Shown piece by piece: positions 47,715-56,228 of a DNA stretch of 64,000 nt (the first letter of the stretch is position 1; each line of letters begins with the position of its first letter). The translations under genes and the position numbers were made by a program. Source of the DNA: Actinomycetota bacterium (lineage in GTDB: Bacteria; Actinomycetota; Acidimicrobiia; Acidimicrobiales; Ilumatobacteraceae); the NCBI GenBank assembly GCA_039796575.1, contig JBDKJP010000065.1:12946-76945 (forward strand), written 5' to 3'. The notes below the pieces were generated by a model, which saw only the letters and a list, made by a program, of their open reading frames with translations, was not told the DNA's origin and searched no databases.

Positions 47715-49313
47715 TCAGTCGCGGCGGTGTGCCCACGTGGTGGGCAGGTCGGCGCCACCCTCGGGGCACCACCGTTCGCCCACGTTGACGCGCATCGCCG
47801 GGGTGGCGATGGGGCCGGCCACCAGCATCTCGCCCTGCGCGAACGAACGCGCCTCCTGGATCATCGGTCGGGGCACGTGCGAGAAGATGGACGCCAGCTC
47901 GTCGATGTCGAGCACCGAGTTCATCCGCATCAGCACCAGGTTGTCGCACTGCGAGATGACGTTGCGGTGGATCTTCTGCGGACGCTGGGTGCTGACGATG
48001 AGGTGGATGCCGTACTTGCGGCCCTCCCCCGCCACCCACACGCCGTAGTCGGTGATGGCACGCTCGAGCGCGGACGCGGCGTCGGGGGCGAGCACGTTGT
48101 GGGCCTCGTCGATGACGAGCAGGATGGGCGACCGCTGTTCACGACGACGCAGCGAGCCCATCACGGCGAGCGACACCACGGACCGGGCGCGGGCGTCGGA
48201 GAGCGAACCGGTGTCGAGCACGGCGACACGGCGACCGGGCAGCGTGTCGACCAGCGACGGTTCGTCGCTCGCGGCCCACACCTCCCAGTCGGCGACGCGC
48301 AGGTTGTGCAGCCGGCGCAGCAGCCGCTCGGCCGCCTGGTCGCCCTGCCGTTCGATCTCGGCGATGAGCTCGGCGAAGCCGTAGTGGTGCAGGTGCGTCA
48401 GCGACTCGACGGCCTCGATGAACGCGCCGTACTCGGCACCGTCGGCGAGCGGGTCGAGGTCGACGGTGAGCGCCTGCTCGTGCAGCGCGAGGTCGGAGAG
48501 GTGGATGGCGAGGCGGAAGTCGGTGCTGTCCGCCCGGCACACGGCCACGTCGCCTGCGGCGCGCATCGCCGACTTCAGTTCGCGGTAGCCGCGCTGCGAC
48601 ATCGGAGGCTGGCCGCGCCGGACAATCACGTCTCGGTCGCGCAGTTCGCCGAGGTGCACGTAGTCGGAGTTCGGGTCGATGATGATGATCGGCAACGTGG
48701 TGTGCACGTAGAGGCGCTCGAGGATGGCGCCGAGGCTGTACGTCTTGCCCGAGCCCGATTGACCGACCATGAAGGTGTGGCGCGAGAAGCCCGACGCCTT
48801 CAGGTTCGCCTCCACGTCGACCGAGTTGACGGTGCCGATGGGCAGCGCGGCGCTCGAGCCCATGCCACCGGCGAGCAGCGCGGCCACCACCCGGTCCTCC
48901 GCAGGAACGAGCCGACCGTCGCGAAACCCTTCGCCGGATGGGCGAGCGGGCCTGCCGTCGACGACCGCCGACAACACTGTGCCCGCACCATTCACGAACC
49001 GCATCACGACGCCGAGATTGGCGCTCTGCAGCGCCGCTGACGCTGCATCGCCGAACATGTCGGTCTCCACCTCGACCCGCATCGCTTCCCGTTCACTGAT
49101 CCGCAACTCGGTGATCTGCAGCAGCAACAGTTCGCCCGACGGTGTTCGGACACCTGAGAAGCCACCAACCTCGAGACCACAGTCGAACCCTGCCTGGAAC
49201 CCGACGTCGCGCCCGTTCAGCGACCAGACGCCGATCGGCGTGGGAATGTGGTCGACGATGTCGCGTCGGACTTCTGACGCGGTGGGAAGGGAACGTGCGG
49301 CTCGTTTCGTCAC
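47715..49313 (-). CDS. HerA-like (DUF87, FtsK/HerA superfamily) P-loop ATPase with an N-terminal barrel domain
   Basis: 532 aa. Walker A is GQSGSGKTYS, followed by IIIIDPNSDY. Walker B is ILLVIDEAHNV, followed by IHLIVSTQRPQKI and NLVLMRMNS. The ~170-aa N-terminal region is consistent with a HAS-barrel. Confidence 0.85.
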   Translation of the reverse strand: MTKRAARSLPTASEVRRDIVDHIPTPIGVWSLNGRDVGFQAGFDCGLEVGGFSGVRTPSGELLLLQITELRISEREAMRVEVETDMFGDAASAALQSANLGVVMRFVNGAGTVLSAVVDGRPARPSGEGFRDGRLVPAEDRVVAALLAGGMGSSAALPIGTVNSVDVEANLKASGFSRHTFMVGQSGSGKTYSLGAILERLYVHTTLPIIIIDPNSDYVHLGELRDRDVIVRRGQPPMSQRGYRELKSAMRAAGDVAVCRADSTDFRLAIHLSDLALHEQALTVDLDPLADGAEYGAFIEAVESLTHLHHYGFAELIAEIERQGDQAAERLLRRLHNLRVADWEVWAASDEPSLVDTLPGRRVAVLDTGSLSDARARSVVSLAVMGSLRRREQRSPILLVIDEAHNVLAPDAASALERAITDYGVWVAGEGRKYGIHLIVSTQRPQKIHRNVISQCDNLVLMRMNSVLDIDELASIFSHVPRPMIQEARSFAQGEMLVAGPIATPAMRVNVGERWCPEGGADLPTTWAHRRD

Positions 49314-49336
49314 CCGACCATCTTGTCACTGGTACC

Positions 49337-50317
49337 GTGCGCGTCGTGCTTCCCGCCCTGCTCACGTCGTTCCTCACCGCCGCCGACGACGCTCCGGTCG
49401 AGGACGTGTGTGGCGCTCGGCCGAACTGGTTCTGCGAGACCGTGTACAGCGCCACCAGCAACAAGGCCCTGGCGAAGAGTGCCGACTGGCTGATCACGCG
49501 CCCACTGTCGGCGCTCATCGTCATCGTGGTAGCGGCGCTGGTGAACCGCTGGTTGCGCAAGTTGGTCACGGCGGCGATCACCCGCTTCACGATGCCGCCG
49601 GAGCGTGCCGTCGACGCGCTCGAACGCATCGGGGTCACCTCCTTCTCGCCCGACCCTCGCGACGCCACGCGCACGCGCACGCTGTGCGCGGTGGCACGCG
49701 CGTCGGTGTCCACCCTCATCTGGACCATCGCGGTGCTGGTCGCGCTGGGGTTGTTCAACATCAACCTCGGTCCGCTGCTGGCGGGCGCAGGCATCGCCGG
49801 CATCGCGGTCGGTCTCGGCGCCCAGTCCCTGGTGCGCGACTGCATCGCCGGGTTCTTCATCCTGCTCGAGGACCAGTGCGGCGTGGGCGACGAGGTCGAC
49901 CTCGCCACGGTGTCGGGCACGGTGGAGGCGCTCACGTTGCGGTCCACCCAGGTACGCGCGGCCGACGGCACGCTGTGGACCGTGCCGAACGGGGCCATCC
50001 TGCGCATCGGCAACCAGAGCCGCAGCTGGTCGCAGGCAAGCATCGACGTGATGGTGGGGCTCGACGCCGATCTCGACCGGGTGGCCGAGATCGCCGGCAG
50101 TGCGGCGGTCGCCGCCGTGGCCGAACCGCCGTTCGCCGACGTGGTGCTGCGCGAGCCGCAGGTGCTGGGCGTGGAGCGCGTCGATCAGACCGGCGCCGTG
50201 CTGCGGCTCACGGTGCGTACGAAGCCGGGGCACCAGGTGGCCGCGGCGCGGCACGTGCGCGCCGCGGTGAAGCGGGCCCTCGACGACGAGGGCGTCACGT
50301 ACCACCCGCCGACCTGA
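49337..50317 (+). CDS. Small-conductance mechanosensitive channel (MscS family)
   Basis: ORF 49142..50317; the start is uncertain (GTG 49337 or earlier). The pore helix and beta domain are GPLLAGAGIAGIAVGLGAQSLVRDCIAGFFILLEDQCGVGDEVDL..GTVEALTLRSTQVRAADGTLWTVPNG. Confidence 0.85.
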   Translation: MRVVLPALLTSFLTAADDAPVEDVCGARPNWFCETVYSATSNKALAKSADWLITRPLSALIVIVVAALVNRWLRKLVTAAITRFTMPPERAVDALERIGVTSFSPDPRDATRTRTLCAVARASVSTLIWTIAVLVALGLFNINLGPLLAGAGIAGIAVGLGAQSLVRDCIAGFFILLEDQCGVGDEVDLATVSGTVEALTLRSTQVRAADGTLWTVPNGAILRIGNQSRSWSQASIDVMVGLDADLDRVAEIAGSAAVAAVAEPPFADVVLREPQVLGVERVDQTGAVLRLTVRTKPGHQVAAARHVRAAVKRALDDEGVTYHPPT

Positions 50318-50341
50318 TCGTCGGCCGGTGCGGGATGGGAC

Positions 50342-50800
50342 TCAGGCGGCCTGGGGCTGGCCGTCGGGGCGGAGCACCACGACCGGGCAGTGCGCATGGT
50401 GCACGACGGCGTTTGACACCGAGCCGAGCAGCATGCCGACGAAGCCACCGTGGCCGCGGCTGCCGACGACCATCAACTCGGCGCCGCGGGACGCTTCGAT
50501 GAGGGCATGGGCGGCGGAGCCGATCTCCATGCGCGTGTCGGACTGCACGCCGCGCTCGGCGGCGTAGGCGACGGCGGCGTCGAGCACGGTGCGGCCGGCT
50601 TCTTCCAGCTGCTCCAGCACCATGCCGGTGCCGTACGGGCTGGCGGCGGCGGCACCCACCTCCACACCGTGCACCAGCAGCAGCGGCAGTTGACGACGCT
50701 GCGCTTCGGCGATCGCCCAGTCGAGGGCGCGAGCAGCGTCGGGGGAACCGTCGACGCCGACCACGATCGTGCGAGTGGTGGTCGTGTCCATGGACTGCAC
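50342..50800 (-). CDS. Universal stress protein (UspA family)
   Basis: 152 aa with IVVGVDGSPDAARALDWA and VVGSRGHGGFVGMLLGSVSNAVVHHAHCPVVVL. Confidence 0.88.
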   Translation of the reverse strand: MQSMDTTTTRTIVVGVDGSPDAARALDWAIAEAQRRQLPLLLVHGVEVGAAAASPYGTGMVLEQLEEAGRTVLDAAVAYAAERGVQSDTRMEIGSAAHALIEASRGAELMVVGSRGHGGFVGMLLGSVSNAVVHHAHCPVVVLRPDGQPQAA

Positions 50801-50902
50801 CTCCGTTGAGTATCGGCCCGGATGGGGCCTCTGCTCACAGTGTGCGCCTCCTGGCCGCGTGGCGCCACGGGCGAAGGTCCATCGACCCGTCGATGGGAGA
50901 GG

Positions 50903-51193
50903 TCAGTCGCGATCGCCCTGGTCGAGCACGTCGGCGCTGACCGCGAGGGCCACGGCCACTGCGGCGGCACGCTCGATGACCACGCTGAAGTAGCGGCCTG
51001 CTGCCGCGCCGTTGTTCATGGGCGGGTCGCCGAGCGAGCGCAGCATCGCGCCCACCTCGTGCGGCACGGCGATGGGCTCGACCGCGGGCAGTTCGGGCGG
51101 CGTGCGCCACAGGTCGGGCTTGTGCTGGTGCTGGCCGCCGCGCTTGCTCTTGCGACGCTGGCCGCCGCGCGACCTCGGTGCGGGCTGGTTCAT
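50903..51193 (-). CDS. Small hypothetical protein translationally coupled to the SNF2 helicase
   Basis: This is the tail of ORF 50903..53998. ATG 51193 shares one nucleotide with the helicase stop (TGATG). It is 96 aa with a basic N-terminus (RSRGGQRRKSKRGGQHQHK) and an Ala-rich C-terminus. GC3 is high. Confidence 0.55.
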   Translation of the reverse strand: MNQPAPRSRGGQRRKSKRGGQHQHKPDLWRTPPELPAVEPIAVPHEVGAMLRSLGDPPMNNGAAAGRYFSVVIERAAAVAVALAVSADVLDQGDRD

Positions 51194-54100
51194 CAGTCGT
51201 CCTCCCCTGCCAGCAGCTCGTCGGTGCGCAGGCCCAACGCGATGCGGAGTTGATCGGTGCTCAGGTCGGAGAGCGAGCTCGACTTGGGCAGCACGAGGTT
51301 CGCGATGTGGCGCTTGCCCTCCACCACTTCCTCGACCCGTTCGTCGACCGTGCCGGGGCACACCAGGCGGTGCGAGATGACGGTCTTGCTCTGTCCGATG
51401 CGCCACGCACGGTCGCGGGCCTGGTCCTCGACCGCCGGGTTCCACCACCGGTCGTAGAGCACGACGTGGTTGGCGTTGGTGAGGTTCAGGCCGGTGCCGC
51501 CCGCCTTCAGCGAGAGCACCATCGCGCCGGGGCCGTCGAGCGCCTGGAAGTCGGCGACCATCTTGTCGCGCACGCCGCGGGCGAGGCTGCCGTCGTAGCA
51601 GTCGATGCGCATCCCGAACACCTGGGTGAGGTGATCGGCGAGGCGGCGGCCCCACGTGGCGAAGTGGGTGAAGATGAGGATGCGTTCGCCGGCGGCGAAC
51701 ACGCTCTCGCAGATCTCCTCCAACCGGGCCAGCTTGCCGGACCGGCCGGCGAGCGGCTGGCCGTCGTCGCGGTAGGCCGCGGGGTGGTTGCAGATCTGCT
51801 TCAGCGCGGTGATGGCCGCGAGCACGGCGCCCTGCTTCGCCTCGGCGCCGTCGGGGTCCTGCACCTCGACGATGAGCGAGTCGAGCACGGCCTGGTAGAG
51901 GCCGATCTGCTCGGGGGTCATGGTGCAGTGGTCGAGCTCGTCGATCTTGTCGGGCAGCTCGGCCGCCACTTCCGGCTCGGCCTTGGTGCGGCGGAACAGC
52001 AGGATGCCGTTGAGCGCGCGCAGCGCGGCTTCGCCGTCGCCCGACATCTGCGAGATGAACGTGGCGCGCGAGCCGACGAGGCCGGGGTTGGTGAAGTCGA
52101 GGATGGCCCACAGGTCGCCGAGGCCGTTCTCGATGGGCGTGCCGGTGAGGGCGATGCGGCTGCGCGCCGGGAGGCGACGCAACTGCTGCGACGTGTCGCT
52201 CGTGGGGTTCTTGATGGCCTGCGCCTCGTCGAGCACGATGCGACCCCACTCGACCTTGGCGAGCTCGTCGACGTCGCGCACAGCGGTGGCGTAGGTGGTG
52301 ATCATCACGTCGGCGAACGAGATGCTGCGCTGCAGCGCGTCGCCCTCGGACCGGTCGGGGCCGTGGTGCACCAGCACCTGCAGGCCGGGCGCGAAGCGAC
52401 GGGCCTCGGACGCCCAGTTGCCGACGACGGCGGCGGGCGCCACCACGAGCGCCGGGCCGTTGCCGCGGCGCCGGGCGAGGTGGGCCAGCATCGTCGGCGT
52501 CTTGCCGAGGCCCATGTCGAGCGCGAGGCATCCACCCAGCTCGGCGGCGTCGAGGAAGCCGAGCCAGCCGAGCGCCTCGGCCTGGTAGGTGCGCAGCTCG
52601 CCGGCGAACCCGTCGGGGCGCAGCACAGGCTCGGCCGACGCGTCGCCGGCCTTGCGGAGGATGTCGGCGGCCCAGCTGTTGCCGTGCACCACCGTGCCGC
52701 CGGCGAGGCCGGAGCCGTCGAGGCCGATGCTGGCGCGCAGGATCTCGGCACCGGTCATGGTGGTGACGTCGGCGCGCTCCTCGAGCGCGGCGGCCGCCTT
52801 CTCGAGGTCGGCGCGGTCGACCTCGACCCACTTGCCGTTGGCCTGCACCAGCGGGCGGGCCTGGCGGGCGAGGTGCTTCACCTCGGCCATGGTGAGCTCG
52901 AGGTCGTCGAACAGCACGGTCCAGGCGACGTTGGCCAACTGGTGTGCGCCCACCACCGAACCGGCGGGGGTGTCGGCGAACAGACGCAGCGACGGCTTGG
53001 CCTTGCGTCGCGACATCGCGGGCACGCGCACGTCGAAGCCGGCGGCGGAGAGCGTGGGGCCGAGCGTGGTCATGAAGTCCCACGCCTCGTCCTGGCTGAG
53101 CGCCACCTGGCCGCGGCGGCGGATGCCGGCGCGGTCGAGTGCGGGGAACAACCGGCCGAGGCGCAGCCATTCGTTGTGCAGCGTGCTGTTGCTGCCCTCG
53201 GTGCGCAGCGCGACGTCGATGGGGATGAGGCGGCCCTTGCCGGCCGGCGCCTTCACCGACACCACCCACACGCCGCCGGTCTCGGGCGGGTCGAGCTCGA
53301 CGACGAGCTTCTTGCGGTTGGTGGCGGTGACGCTGCGGGTCCATTGCTCGAGGCGACGGGCCGTGTCGCTGGCGAGGTTCGCGTTGGCGCGGAACGGCTG
53401 GCCGTCCATGCGCGAGATGACGGTGTCGTTGAGGTCGGTGGGCGTGTTCGCGTTCGGCGGCTGCGCGGGCAGCTCCATGCGTTCGATGCTCTCGCCGACG
53501 ATGGTCTCGACCACGGCGGCCACGACCGCGGTGGTGATGGACCGGCCGTCGCCGCCGCCGAGCGCCGCCACGGTGGCGGGCATGGCCGACACGAGCACGT
53601 CGACCGCCGGGCTGTCGGTGAGCGCCGGCACCCAGCGCACGGCGGCCTCGACCGGGCCGTTGCCCTCGGGTCGCTTCACGATCTTCAGGGTGGGCACCAC
53701 GCTGCCGCGCACCACGAGGCGCACGCCTTCGAGCGCGGCGTGGCCGAGCCAGTTGACGCTGTCGCCGACGCCGTCGATGACCTGGCCGCCGCCGACGGCG
53801 ACCAGCCAACCGAGCGCGTCCTTCATGCTGATGCTGAGCGCGTCGGCCCGTGCACCGTCGGACAGCGGCACACCCTTGTGGACCTGCCAGCCGTGGGGCG
53901 GACCGCCCACCTTCTCGAGCCGGTTGGCGAGCTCGTCGTGCGACTCGGGCGGCACGCCGCGGCCGCCGGCCCACACGACCAGCTGGCCCATGTGCCACGT
54001 GGCCTGGAGCGCCACCTCGCCGGGCTCGATCTCCTCGAACGCGAGGTCGTCGAACTCGGTCGACGCCGCGGCGACGGGGGTCGGCTCGGGGGCGAGGAAC

Positions 54101-54366
54101 GTGGACGTCGGCGGTTCGGGCAGCAGCAGGGCCGCAGTGTCGAGCAGCCGCTGCAACGTGTCGACGAAGTCGGCCACCACCTGGTCGCGCTCGGCGCCAC
54201 CGAGGCGGCGCACGCTGGCGACGTCGTCCTCGGCGTCGACGATCAGCCGCTCGAGCAGCACCAGGGAGGCGCGCTCGTCGGTGTGGAAGACGGCGAGGTC
54301 GGCCTCGGAGGCGCGACCGTCCGCGATCGACCAGATCGCCGATTCGAGTTCACGTGTGGGGACCAT
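51193..54366 (-). CDS. SNF2-family helicase (HelZ-like, with a bacterial SNF2-associated N-terminal region)
   Basis: 1057 aa. Motif I is LALDMGLGKT, motif II is LDEAQAIKN, motif III is LTGTPIEN. Also present are SLKAGGTGLNLT and motif VI DRWWNPAVEDQARDRAWRIGQ. Confidence 0.92.
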   Translation of the reverse strand: MVPTRELESAIWSIADGRASEADLAVFHTDERASLVLLERLIVDAEDDVASVRRLGGAERDQVVADFVDTLQRLLDTAALLLPEPPTSTFLAPEPTPVAAASTEFDDLAFEEIEPGEVALQATWHMGQLVVWAGGRGVPPESHDELANRLEKVGGPPHGWQVHKGVPLSDGARADALSISMKDALGWLVAVGGGQVIDGVGDSVNWLGHAALEGVRLVVRGSVVPTLKIVKRPEGNGPVEAAVRWVPALTDSPAVDVLVSAMPATVAALGGGDGRSITTAVVAAVVETIVGESIERMELPAQPPNANTPTDLNDTVISRMDGQPFRANANLASDTARRLEQWTRSVTATNRKKLVVELDPPETGGVWVVSVKAPAGKGRLIPIDVALRTEGSNSTLHNEWLRLGRLFPALDRAGIRRRGQVALSQDEAWDFMTTLGPTLSAAGFDVRVPAMSRRKAKPSLRLFADTPAGSVVGAHQLANVAWTVLFDDLELTMAEVKHLARQARPLVQANGKWVEVDRADLEKAAAALEERADVTTMTGAEILRASIGLDGSGLAGGTVVHGNSWAADILRKAGDASAEPVLRPDGFAGELRTYQAEALGWLGFLDAAELGGCLALDMGLGKTPTMLAHLARRRGNGPALVVAPAAVVGNWASEARRFAPGLQVLVHHGPDRSEGDALQRSISFADVMITTYATAVRDVDELAKVEWGRIVLDEAQAIKNPTSDTSQQLRRLPARSRIALTGTPIENGLGDLWAILDFTNPGLVGSRATFISQMSGDGEAALRALNGILLFRRTKAEPEVAAELPDKIDELDHCTMTPEQIGLYQAVLDSLIVEVQDPDGAEAKQGAVLAAITALKQICNHPAAYRDDGQPLAGRSGKLARLEEICESVFAAGERILIFTHFATWGRRLADHLTQVFGMRIDCYDGSLARGVRDKMVADFQALDGPGAMVLSLKAGGTGLNLTNANHVVLYDRWWNPAVEDQARDRAWRIGQSKTVISHRLVCPGTVDERVEEVVEGKRHIANLVLPKSSSLSDLSTDQLRIALGLRTDELLAGEDD

Positions 54367-54487
54367 TCACATCCGTCCTGTGCCGCGGGTGGGCACGTCG
54401 ACGCGGGAGGTGCAGCGGGCGTGGAGCCGCACCGGATTGGGGCCGATGGCATCGGCAGCGTTCGACCCGGAGGAGAACGCACGGGTG

Positions 54488-54640
54488 ATGCGAGGGTTCG
54501 CATCCGCGGGACGCCGACCCGCGAACCATCACCCTACCGCACCCCGCCACCCACACCGCACCGGAGCCCCCACCCGTTCGCGCCGCCGGCCCGCGAACTC
54601 AAGGTCGCGCGCTGGCCCCGCGAACTTACGTTCGCGGGGT
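54488..54640. promoter_or_regulatory. Array of three inverted repeats built on GTTCGCG / CGCGAAC, plus one GATGCGA hairpin
   Basis: Read directly. The hairpin GATGCGA-ggg-t-TCGCATC is at 54488-54505. The three inverted repeats are GGTTCGC(N19)GCGAACC at 54495-54527, GTTCGCG(N9)CGCGAAC at 54576-54598, and the perfect CCCCGCGAAC-TTAC-GTTCGCGGGG at 54617-54640. The last one encloses the ADH stop codon. Confidence 0.4.
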
Positions 54641-55660
54641 GAGGACGGTGACGCCGGGGGAGGTGAAGTGGCCCATCGCGGGGAGGGCCGTCGGCACGTC
54701 GGCCAGGGTGAGGCGCTGGGTGATCATCGCGGCCGGGTCGAGGAGGCCGGCCTGCATGAGCTCGAACACCTGGGCGAAGCGTGACGCGGACAGGCCGTGC
54801 ACGCCGAGCACCTCGAGCTCGTCGCGGATGACGCGCGACACGGGGAAGTCGGCGGTGGGTGCCGGGAACAGCCCGATCTGCACGTGGCGGCCGAGGGCGC
54901 GCAGGCCGAGCACCGAGTTGGCCGCGGTGGCGGCATGGCCGAGGCAGTCGACCGACACGTGGGCGCCGCCGGTGCGGGCGTGCACCTCGGCGGGCACGTC
55001 GGCCAGGTCGCGGGCGTCGATGAGCACGTCGGCACCGAGCGCACCGGCGAGGGCGAGCGCGTCGGGTGCGATGTCGACGGCCACCACCTGCGCGCCGAGG
55101 GCGCGGCCGATGGCCACCGCGGCGAGGCCCACCCCGCCGCAGCCGTGCACGGCCAGCACCTCGCCGGCGGCGAGGCGGCCGCGCTCGACCACCCCGCGGT
55201 ACGCGGTGGACACGCGGCACCCCACGAGCGCGGCGGCTTCGTCGGTGATGCCCTCGGGCACGTTCACCGCGTTGACGTCGGCGAAGGGCACGGTGGTGTA
55301 GCCGGCGAACGCACCCCAGCGGGTGAAGCCGGGCTGCTCCTGTCGACGGCACACCTGGTGCTGGCCCAGGCGGCACGGCTCGCACTCGCCGCAGCCGTTG
55401 ACGAACGGGGCCACCACACGGTCGCCGATGCGCAGCCGCTGCACGTCGCTGCCGACAGCCACGACGCGGCCCACGAACTCATGGCCGCCGACGTGCGGGC
55501 AGACGATGTCGGGGTCGGTGCCGTGCCAGCCGTGGTAGTCGCTGCGGCACAGCCCGACCGTCAGCACCTCGACCACCACGTCGCGGGGCGCCGGGGTGGG
55601 GTCGGGTACGTCGACCACCGCGATGGGGCCACGGAACTGTTCGTAGACAGCAGCTTTCAT
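54626..55660 (-). CDS. Zinc-dependent alcohol dehydrogenase (MDR family)
   Basis: 344 aa. Catalytic Zn ligands are in GLCRSDYH and GHEFVGRVV. The structural Zn site is CGECEPCRLGQHQVC. The NAD(P) fold is VHGCGGVGL. Confidence 0.9.
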   Translation of the reverse strand: MKAAVYEQFRGPIAVVDVPDPTPAPRDVVVEVLTVGLCRSDYHGWHGTDPDIVCPHVGGHEFVGRVVAVGSDVQRLRIGDRVVAPFVNGCGECEPCRLGQHQVCRRQEQPGFTRWGAFAGYTTVPFADVNAVNVPEGITDEAAALVGCRVSTAYRGVVERGRLAAGEVLAVHGCGGVGLAAVAIGRALGAQVVAVDIAPDALALAGALGADVLIDARDLADVPAEVHARTGGAHVSVDCLGHAATAANSVLGLRALGRHVQIGLFPAPTADFPVSRVIRDELEVLGVHGLSASRFAQVFELMQAGLLDPAAMITQRLTLADVPTALPAMGHFTSPGVTVLTPRT

Positions 55661-55729
55661 CGGTCACGTCCTGCTCGGCTCACGGCGACGATGCTGGCAC
55701 AGCCGCGACGCGGACGAACGGTGCGCTGC

Positions 55730-56146
55730 TCAGCTGGAGCGGCTGATGCCGGCCTTCTTCAGCACGGCGGGCTCCACACCGACGGCGCGCCATGCGGCGT
55801 AGGTGATGCCCTTGCGCTGGCTGTAGGAACTGGCGACCTTGGTGAACCCGGCCTCGAGCGACTTCGGGTCGACCTTGGTCTGCATGGTGGCGAGTTCACG
55901 CTCGAGATCGAAGCGTTCCTGGATGAGTTCCAGTTCGCGCACGGCGTTGACACCCGACAGTTCGGACTCGATCGCCTTGATGCGACGCGCCACCGATTCA
56001 GGTGTGCGCTTTCGCCCGGGCTTGCCCTTGCTGTTGCGAAGTGCTTCGAGGTACTCGCGCACCACTCGGCCTTCGACACGGCCCTCGGCCATCGCGGCCT
56101 TGTGCTGATCGGTGATGGAGTTCTTGGGGCCACGCTTTGCTGCCAT
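55730..56146 (-). CDS. Small basic conserved hypothetical protein (possible DNA-binding or nucleoid-associated)
   Basis: ORF trimmed to ATG 56146 (MAAKRGPKNSITDQHKAAM..), 138 aa. It is Lys/Arg-rich with a coiled-coil-like centre and the C-terminus GITYAAWRAVGVEPAVLKKAGI. Its GC content is lower than its neighbours. Confidence 0.65.
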   Translation of the reverse strand: MAAKRGPKNSITDQHKAAMAEGRVEGRVVREYLEALRNSKGKPGRKRTPESVARRIKAIESELSGVNAVRELELIQERFDLERELATMQTKVDPKSLEAGFTKVASSYSQRKGITYAAWRAVGVEPAVLKKAGISRSS

Positions 56147-56153
56147 GGCCGCG

Positions 56154-56159
56154 ATCTTA
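56154..56159 (-). promoter_or_regulatory. Candidate -10 hexamer TAAGAT, 7 nt upstream of ATG 56146 (leaderless-mRNA geometry)
   Basis: The minus strand reads ..GGTCTAAGATCGCGGCCATG. It has the TANNNT form and there is no SD. It lies in the most AT-rich stretch of the window. Confidence 0.4.
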
Positions 56160-56195
56160 GACCCAACTATGGACTGTTTTCCTAGAAGCAGGTAA

Positions 56196-56225
56196 GAAAA
56201 ATCCGACGAAGCCGAACGGTCCGTC
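56196..56225 (-). terminator. Intrinsic terminator candidate after the PAS histidine kinase gene
   Basis: The minus-strand RNA reads GACGGA-CCGUUCGGC-UUCGUC followed by GGAUUUUUCUU, immediately after the TAA stop at 56229. Confidence 0.55.
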
Positions 56226-56228
56226 AAC

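Noticed and set aside
47715-54366. HerA-like ATPase plus SNF2 helicase as a possible phage-defence island (DISARM, BREX or Sir2-HerA-like).
   Set aside because: The two genes are separated by unrelated MscS and USP genes. I found no methyltransferase, PLD/nuclease, Sir2, DUF4297 or other effector ORFs. The SNF2 protein has the architecture of conserved actinobacterial HelZ.
54488-54530. tRNA-like T-loop string GGTTCGCATCC, a possible tRNA gene, tRNA fragment or att site.
   Set aside because: There is no acceptor, D or anticodon arm around it. The flanks do not pair as a T-stem, and no integrase is nearby. It is better explained as part of the GTTCGCG palindrome array.
54488-54640. A possible mini CRISPR array because of the repeated palindromic units.
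   Set aside because: There are only three short (7-10 bp arm) units with irregular spacing (19, 9 and 4 nt loops, unequal distances). There are no unique spacers of 30-40 nt and no cas genes.
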